Of a DNA stretch of 64,000 bases, positions 56,086-64,000 are shown piece by piece; the first letter of the stretch is position 1; the number at the start of each line of letters is the position of its first letter. Location of the stretch: NCBI RefSeq assembly GCF_009914755.1, contig NC_060935.1; one strand, given 5' to 3'. This DNA comes from the human T2T-CHM13v2.0 reference genome, Homo sapiens. Below the pieces are notes generated by a model. That model made no database searches and was not told the origin of the DNA. It saw only the letters and a program-made list of their open reading frames with translations. Made by a program: the position numbers and the translations under genes.

Positions 56086-56833
56086 GTGATGGTTAATAGT
56101 AGGTGTCAAACTGATTGAATTGAAGAATGCCTAGATAGCTGATAAAGTATTGTTCCTGGGTGTGTCTGTGAGGGTGTTGCCAGAGGAGATTAACATTTGA
56201 GTCAGTGGACAGGGAAAGGAAAACCAAACCTCAATGTGGGTGGGCATCATCCAGTCAGCTGCCAGTACAGCTGGAACAAAGCAGATGGAAGAAGGTGGGT
56301 TGAGCTGGCTTGCTGAGTCTTCCAACCTTCATCTTCATGTTTTCTGCCCTTGGACATCAGACTCCAGGGTCTTCAGCCTTTGGACTCTTGGACTTACACC
56401 AGTGGTTTGCCAAGGACTCTCAGGCCTTTGGCCACAGACTTAAGGATGCACTGTTGTCTTCCTTACTTTTGAGGCTTTTGGATTCAGACTGAGCCCTTAC
56501 TGGCTTCCTACCTCCTCAGCTTGCAGACGGCCTATCATGTATATGAAAGGCTTTTCTCATATATATGAAAAGGGTTTATTAAGGAGAATTGACTCACACG
56601 ATCACAAAGTGAAGACTCACAATATATACAAACATATATATACATATGTATATGTATTTATAACCTCAGCTTGCAGATGGCCTATCATATATATGAAAGG
56701 CTTTTCATATATATATATATGAAAAGGGTTTATTAAGGAGAATTGTCTCACACAATCACAAGGTGAAGTCTCACAATATATAAAAACATATTTGTAAATA
56801 TATGTATACACATATATACATATATATATATAA

Positions 56834-56864
<31 letters not shown>

Positions 56865-56900
56865 CTCCTATTAGTTTTGTCCCTCTGGGGAATCCTATAT
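56086..56900 (+). mobile_element. MLT2A-type (HERV-L) LTR with an internal inversion and duplication
   Basis: tgtgatggttaat...ggacttacaccagtggtttgcc...ctcctattagttttgtccctctgg. Confidence 0.9.
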
Positions 56901-57016
56901 ACCATGTAAAGTTAAATCATCCCATGCCCTGCCCAAGTTATAGACAGGTGACCCAAGCTATGTCAATTGGAGTCTCCCTCCCTGGAATTTTAATCTTTAA
57001 GTATAGAATGACTACA

Positions 57017-57899
57017 TTCATTCATGAACTCAAACGTATTTACAAGAAAAAAAAAACCCATCAAAAAGTGGGCAAAGGATATAAACAGACACTTCTCAAA
57101 AGAAGATATTTATGCAGCCAAAAAGCACATGAAAAAATGCTCATGATCACTGGCTATCAGAGAAATGCAAATCAAAATCACAATGAGATACCATCTCACA
57201 CCAGTTAGAATGGCGATCATTAAAAAGTCAGGAAACAACAGGTGCTGGAGAGGATGTAGAGAAATAGGAACACTTTTACACTGTTGGTGGGACTGTAAAC
57301 TAGTTCAACCATTGTGGAAGTCAGTGTGGCGATTCCTCAGGGATCTAGAACTAGAAATACCATTTGACCCAGCCATCCCATTACTGGGTATATACCCAAA
57401 GGATTATAACTCATGCTGCTATAAAGACACATGCACATGTTGTTTATTGTGGCACTGTTCACAATAGGAAAGACTTGGAACCAACCCAAAGGTCCAACAA
57501 CGATAGACTGGATTAAGAAAATGTGGCACGTATACACCATGGAATACTATGCAGCCATAAAAATGATGAGTCCATGTCCTTTGTAGGGACATGCATGAAA
57601 CTGGAAACCATCATTCTCAGCAAACTATTGCAAGGACAAAAAACCAAACACTGCATGTTCTCATTTATAGGTGGGAATTGAACAATGAGAACACATGGAC
57701 ACAGGAAGGGGAACATCACACTCCGGGGACTGTTGTGGGGTTGGGGGAGTGGGGAGGGATAGCATTAGGAGATATACCTAATGCTAAATGACGAGTTAAT
57801 GAGTGCAGCACACCAACATGGCACATGTATACATATGTAACAAACCTGCACATTGTGCACATGTACCCTAAAACTGAAAGTATAATAAAATTTTTAAAA
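57017..57899 (+). mobile_element. 5'-truncated L1PA3/4-type insertion
   Basis: 'gatatacctaatgctaaatgacgagttaatg...caccaacatggcaca'; perfect 18-bp TSD aagtatagaatgactaca (56999-57016, 57900-57917). Confidence 0.96.
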
Positions 57900-58959
57900 A
57901 AGTATAGAATGACTACAAACATCTGGGTTCATTTCACATTGGGTTCTCTGCTACAAAACTAGTGTTATCTGCATGGTTTCTAGGCTTGTGAGCTTGCTCT
58001 TTCCTAATCCAGTGCCAGGCTTTTTTCCCTCTCATTGCCTCTTTCCTATTGTGAGCTCCTGTTGTTCTGCCAATAAACTACTCCTGTTTTCAAGGTGGCC
58101 AAAGTCAGTGTTTCTTGTAACAAGAGAGGCATGGATGAAACTAATAATAGAAATTGAGAAGACAGCACAAGTGGTGGGATAACAATTGACACTGGGAAAC
58201 AACCAGGGGTATAACTGACACAGCTGGGAAGCTCAAAGAGTAACTACAGTCTCACCAAGATAGAAGGACGGGAGATCCACTTACAAATATGTGCTAATCA
58301 CACACACACACACACATACATTTTAAATATGTATAGTTATAATTGGCATATCTAATTCCTAGGTCATTCCCCACTTAAATATTTATTCTACTTTCTCATG
58401 AAAAAATATGCAATTTTGAAAATGATCCCTTTTTTATTGGAAAGTCAGAGACAAGGGATACACTCAGAACACAAGGTCCTTTGTTCAGAGAGTTTTGTGT
58501 GTGAAACGGTAAAACGAGCTCTTGCTACTTAGAAAGGCGGGTGGTAATAGGGCCTGAATTTATTATTTAGGTGCACAAAGAACAGGAGAAAACAAATGAC
58601 ATTGAAAATTTCCTTCCTCCAGAAGTTTGCTGAAACTTTTTTAGAGCTTATCTATTAAACAGCTGGAGTTCCTAACTTGTCAGCTTATGTTAATTATGAG
58701 TTATCTCACCTCATTTTATTTTAAAAGAAAGTCTATGCATGAACTACTTCTAACAATAAGAAGAAATTAAACATCACTAAACAGATGTGAGCAATAAAGC
58801 ATAAAAAAATTATAAACTTTAAAACATATTTGTTGAAGGGCTGCATGTATTTAACATAAACGTAACCACCAAATAGTCTTTTTCTGAAAATAGCTTTGCA
58901 TTATCTGAAAATAAACCTTATTTAGTCTGAAGAATTAATTCCAGAATGAGACCTAACCC

Positions 58960-59170
58960 TGAGGAAGGTGACTGGACTTTGAAGTCAGAAAAACCTGACT
59001 ACTGATCCCAGCTTAACAGAGAATAGTGGGATCCCACTTAATTCATGTCGCTTCTCAGAGTTTCAATTTCCTACTATATCAAATGGCTCACACCATGAAC
59101 ACTTACATCCAAGGGTTTTTGTTAGGAATAAAGAAAATAAACGTAAAGTACTAGACCCCTAATAGACAAC
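58960..59170 (+). mobile_element. MIR
   Basis: 'actggactttgaagtcagaaaaacctg...tttcaatttcctactatatcaaatgg'. Confidence 0.6.
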
Positions 59171-59437
59171 ATATCCATGGCAGATGTTTCTTGAAAATTG
59201 ATTGTTTTCCTAATGATTTCTATCTTGCTCTGGGAGAGCTTGTATCCAAAAAGGATTCACTCCTCTTTATGGTAATTTAGAAATATGTTAGAGACTCATT
59301 TTCTAGCTCTTAAATATACTTCAGTGACTGTTTAAGATTACATTATGGAATGTTCCCTAATACACTGGTTATAACTTTCACTTGTCTTTCCAGTAAAAAC
59401 AAACAAACAAACAAAAAACGTGGAGCCAAAACCTTTA

Positions 59438-59847
59438 TGGTATATTTCAGATATTGTCACAGCCCAAATCCCATGGTGAAATGTCATCCTCAATGTTGGA
59501 GGTGAGGCCTTGTAGGAGATGATCAGATCACAGGGGCAGAGCTCTCATGAATGGTTTAGTACCACCCTCCTGGTGCTGTATCTTTGCAACGGTGAGTTGT
59601 CTCGAGATGTGGTCACTGAAAAGTGTATGGTACCCCCCTCTCTACCTCTCTCTCTCCTGCTTTTGCCATGTGACATGCAAGCTTCTGCTTTGCCTCCCAC
59701 CATGACTGTAACCTTCCAGAGGCCTCTCCAGAAGCAGATGCCACTATACTGCCTGTCCAGCCAGCAGAACGATGAGCCAATTAAACCTCTTATAAATTAC
59801 TCAGTCTCAGGCATTTCTTTACAGCAATTCAAGAACTGCTTAATATA
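59438..59847 (+). mobile_element. MSTB-type solo LTR
   Basis: 'caatgttggaggtgaggcc', 'ccagaagcagatgcc...agccagcagaacgatgagccaattaaacctct'. Confidence 0.9.
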
Positions 59848-60049
59848 CTACATATGACGAAGAAGCCAAAATAAGCATTTTGAAGGCCTCAATTTAAAAA
59901 AATCAGCATGTCATAAACATAAGAAACTAGAGTAAATAATATGTTTCCTGTAAATCAGAATTTCCAGGATGTATAGTTTCTATTAACCCATTTTTCCATT
60001 CACTTCAGTGGTATACAGGGCACATATATAAGTGGTTTTGCTTCCATTT

Positions 60050-60800
60050 CATATATATATATATAAAATTATATATCTCATTATATAAAATGTATATATA
60101 TATTTACATAATGCATAATGTACCACACCTCCAATACAATACTATGTTTCCATGACATTTAACATGAAAACATTTTAAAATTTAAAAATAAGAGAAAATG
60201 AAAACAAATACTGTCTTCGCTTATTTGAGAAAAAAATTTGCAAGACAAAAATGGAGCAGAATGAAATTAAATATTATACAAAATGTGATATACGTATGTA
60301 TAAATAACACATTTTGTATAATGAGATATATAATTACATTACATATCTCAACTATATATATAATTCTGATTATATATCTATATATATAAAATATAGACAT
60401 GGAATCAGCTCAGGTGCCTATCAATGGTGGACTGGATAAAGAAACTTGGTATATATAGATATATATCTATCCCTTTGTTCTTTATTTTTCTAGCTCCTTT
60501 AGGTACAAAGTTAGATTGTTAATTTTGGATTTTTCTAACTTCTTGGGAAAACTTGGCTATATATATATAATATCTATATCAATATATAATTATATATCAA
60601 TTATATATATAATATATATGATTATATAGATATTATATATAATTATATTGATATAATTATATATCTCTATATATAAATTATATATTGATGTATAATTATA
60701 TATCTATATATAAAAATTATATATTGATGTATAATTATATATCAATATATAATATCTATATATAGTTGAAATTTTATACATACATTTTGTATAATGAATT
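60050..60800. repeat. AT-rich low-complexity tract with embedded foreign segments and inverted repeats
   Basis: Seen directly; see findings. Confidence 0.9.
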
Positions 60801-61139
60801 ATTGTAATACATGATTTCTGAAGTATTTTATTATTAAGTAATATTTTCATTAAAGAAGAAAAAAAAGAAAAGGAAAGGCAAGAATCCTAGGTCACAGAAA
60901 GGTCACAGAAGAGTATCAGCTATGAAGGTGGATGAGGATGGCTAAGCTGGAATATCAGCTCTGATTATGGTCTCCTTGATTTTCCATGTATTAATGTATG
61001 TTATAGCACTTATATATCTACAATATAGCTCTTCTCATATCCCTAGAATATTGATAAGTGTTTTATATATAATATTTTATTTAATTCTGACAAAATCTTG
61101 TGAAACAGGATCCAGGCTCAAGAGGTGTCTTTTCCACTT

Positions 61140-61530
61140 TGCTCCATTTGTTCAGGCACTCATTCAGACATAGAGTCTACCTTGTTTGAGGGATGACACC
61201 AAGCATTAGACACAAAGTGATAAACAACTTAGCTTTGACTTGAATGTTCACTGTTTACTATCAGCAGAAGATATGAAAGATGTGATATTAGCATCTTCTA
61301 TTAATTGCAAAAATAAAGATAGGCTGAGGAAAGATTGGTCCACTTTAGATGCACAGAGCTACAGAGAAGGAGAGTTCAGCAGGACTGCCAGCAGGACAAG
61401 TGACTGGTAGATGGAGATTGGAGGTAAGTTCAAGGAAAATGTTGCAACATGTGTAAAGCAAAGATAGGAAATAGCACATACGTGGAAGTAAATACAGCAT
61501 TTTGTGATTGGGTGCATGGTAGATGGGACA
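61140..61530 (-). mobile_element. L2 fragment
   Basis: 'ttagctttgacttgaatgttcactgttt', 'ggaaaatgttgcaacatgtgtaaagcaaag'. Confidence 0.5.
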
Positions 61531-63099
61531 ATAAAAATAGGTAAACCCCTATAAGAATCCTAGAAACCACCACATATCCAGCACAATACTATTCATGTTT
61601 CTCTGACATTTGACATGAAAACATTATAAAATTGAAAAACAAAAGAAAATGAAAAAAATTGTCCTTGTTTAATTGACAAAAAAAATAGCAAGACAAAAAT
61701 GGAGAATTGAACTAAATATCAATTGTAAGTGAACTAGAGATTATTTTACATTACATGTCATTATTCTAAGAAAAATTGCTTGGTTGGTCTAGTGCAAAAC
61801 GGATGAACTTTGGGAAGGGTAAGACCTGTGTTAAACTGCCAGCTCAACTAATATCTACTCTAGTTACCTAGCCTCTGTTCATTTTTCTTTCCTAATTTAT
61901 GCTCTGGGACTGGTAGCATTTATAGACAGGGTTTAAGACTAATAGAGATGGGTATAGAGTACATAATGTATTTTAAAATATTCTAACTAAAATATAAAAT
62001 ATTTTTTAAATGTATATATTTTTACTGTTTAAAAATATTTTGTACTTTAAAACAAGGAAAAATTATGATCAGATATATATGATCAGATATATAACACTTC
62101 TTTTCGCAGTAACTCCTAGCAGTGAAAATGCATGATGTCTGCGTATAGCATTCAGAAAAAAACTACTGCCATCTGGCTTTTAGCAAAGTGTTTGCACTGT
62201 TGAGCAGAGCGATAGAAAAGAACCCTGTAGTTCTAGAATAGGAACATGTAATCTTAGAATTTTTAACCATTTTAGACAGTTTGCCATTTAGGCGATGATA
62301 CCAAAAAGGAAAAAAAAAATCAGAGTTGCATTAGCCCACATAGCTTGACTTATCCTCTCATAGTTTCCTTGGCTTTGGTCTGACAAATTACGCCTGCAAA
62401 AATCTTGGGTCCTAATCAGCACAATGGGGTCACATAACCATAGTTTTCATTAACCTGATTTCAGGTTGGAGGCCACTGCTCCTTTTACCTATGTGTGTCA
62501 AAATATTTATCAAATTATAGTCCTCTCCCCACACACAAAATGCTTCATGCATGTCACAGAAGATCGTGATAAAGAACATTTTATTTTTCATGCCGTTTAT
62601 AAGAATAATATAAAGAAAGGCTTTGCAGAAATTAAAATAATTTATTCTCCTGTTATTGCTAAGAAAAAAATAAGCAAATACATGTTTCAGTAGTGTTAAA
62701 AGACCCCTACTGGTTTATTAAACTTATTTTCACCATTCAAACAATTAAATGCAAGCCTGAAAATAAAAATTGAGCTCTTACTATGCATAAGACATTAACA
62801 CTGTGTGATATAAAATGTTAGATTAGACATAAATCCTGCCCTTTTCAAATTGTTCCAAATCTAGTGGAGGAAATAAAATGTAGAAAAACAATGTTAGCAA
62901 AAAGTCAGTGCTATGTCAGAAATACAAAAATATTATGATTTTTAAACTATAAATATTCATGGAAAACCTTCAAATGGCCCTACAAAATAGAGGATAAAAT
63001 GAAATAGAAAACAAACACACAAAATATCAACTCATTAACAAAAAGGTAAAAAATGAAGCAATGCCGACATTGTACTTGGGGTAAGTAGATAGAAGTCTA

Positions 63100-63518
<419 letters not shown>

Positions 63519-63529
63519 GTCCAAATACG

Positions 63530-64000
63530 TCCGTACCCACAACAAATATATATTACTTAAACATGCTAGGTAAAAGTCAGTGTTTGTCTAATTGAATAGA
63601 ATAAGTACATTTTAACAATATATCTTAGAGATATATACAAGGATAGACGTGAAGTAGAGAGGAAAATATAGACAAAATACTAACCAGAGAATACCAATAC
63701 AGCTTTATCAATATTAGATAACATATACTGCGATAAAACATTTGTTTCAGGAGAGTTACAATATATGGATAAAAGGCTAATTACCAGGATGATATATAAA
63801 TTCTAACATATGTGTGCTTAAAATTTGACAGACGTGCAGAAAGAAATGTACAAATACGGCATTTTGTGGAACAATGTCAGTAATTGACTCTTAAATATAA
63901 ATAGCTAAAAAATTGATAAGTGTTTAGAATAGTTGAAGACAATAAATCACTAATAAAAATTTAAATTTATTAACATATGTAAAATCCTACACATAAATTA
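63530..64000 (+). mobile_element. Old L1M ORF2 endonuclease-region fragment
   Basis: 'tttatcaatattagataac', 'ggataaaaggctaattaccaggatgatatataaattctaacatatgtgtgc'. Confidence 0.65.

Larger units (their letters stand above)
55990..58140 (+). mobile_element. Old MLT1K/LTR16-like LTR hosting the MLT2A and L1PA insertions
   Basis: 'caggtgacccaagctatgtcaattggagtctccctccctggaatttt' and 'gccaataaactactcctgttttcaaggtggccaaagtcagtgtttcttgtaacaagag' flank the inserts. Confidence 0.45.

Noticed and set aside
57735-57760. G-quadruplex-like run ggggttgggggagtggggaggg
   Set aside because: Known generic feature of the L1PA 3'UTR, not specific to this locus

Overview
Primate (human-like) AT-rich non-coding DNA, probably gene desert or deep intron. 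It is dominated by transposon relics: L1 (L1PA4 back to L1M), Alu (S and J), MaLR LTRs (THE1, MST, MLT1), ERVL and ERV1 LTRs (MLT2, MER52), L2, MIR and hAT-Charlie. I see no credible host protein-coding exon, RNA gene or CRISPR array. The longer ORFs in the track lie in simple repeats or transposons, and the short ORFs elsewhere look like chance. I found no evidence for a new biological system. The signals most worth a second look are structural: (1) a patchwork of apparently templated inserts and inverted repeats in an AT tract at 60.0-60.8 kb; (2) a foldback inversion plus 150-bp tandem duplication inside an MLT2A LTR at 56.5-56.8 kb; (3) a two-LTR MLT1H-like element hosting a complete THE1A provirus and an L1 that itself carries an Alu; (4) two twin-primed inverted L1s; (5) a roughly 940-bp alternating purine-pyrimidine tract; (6) a back-to-back MER52/L1 5'UTR GC-rich block. 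Subfamily names come from recalled consensus motifs, not from a database search.
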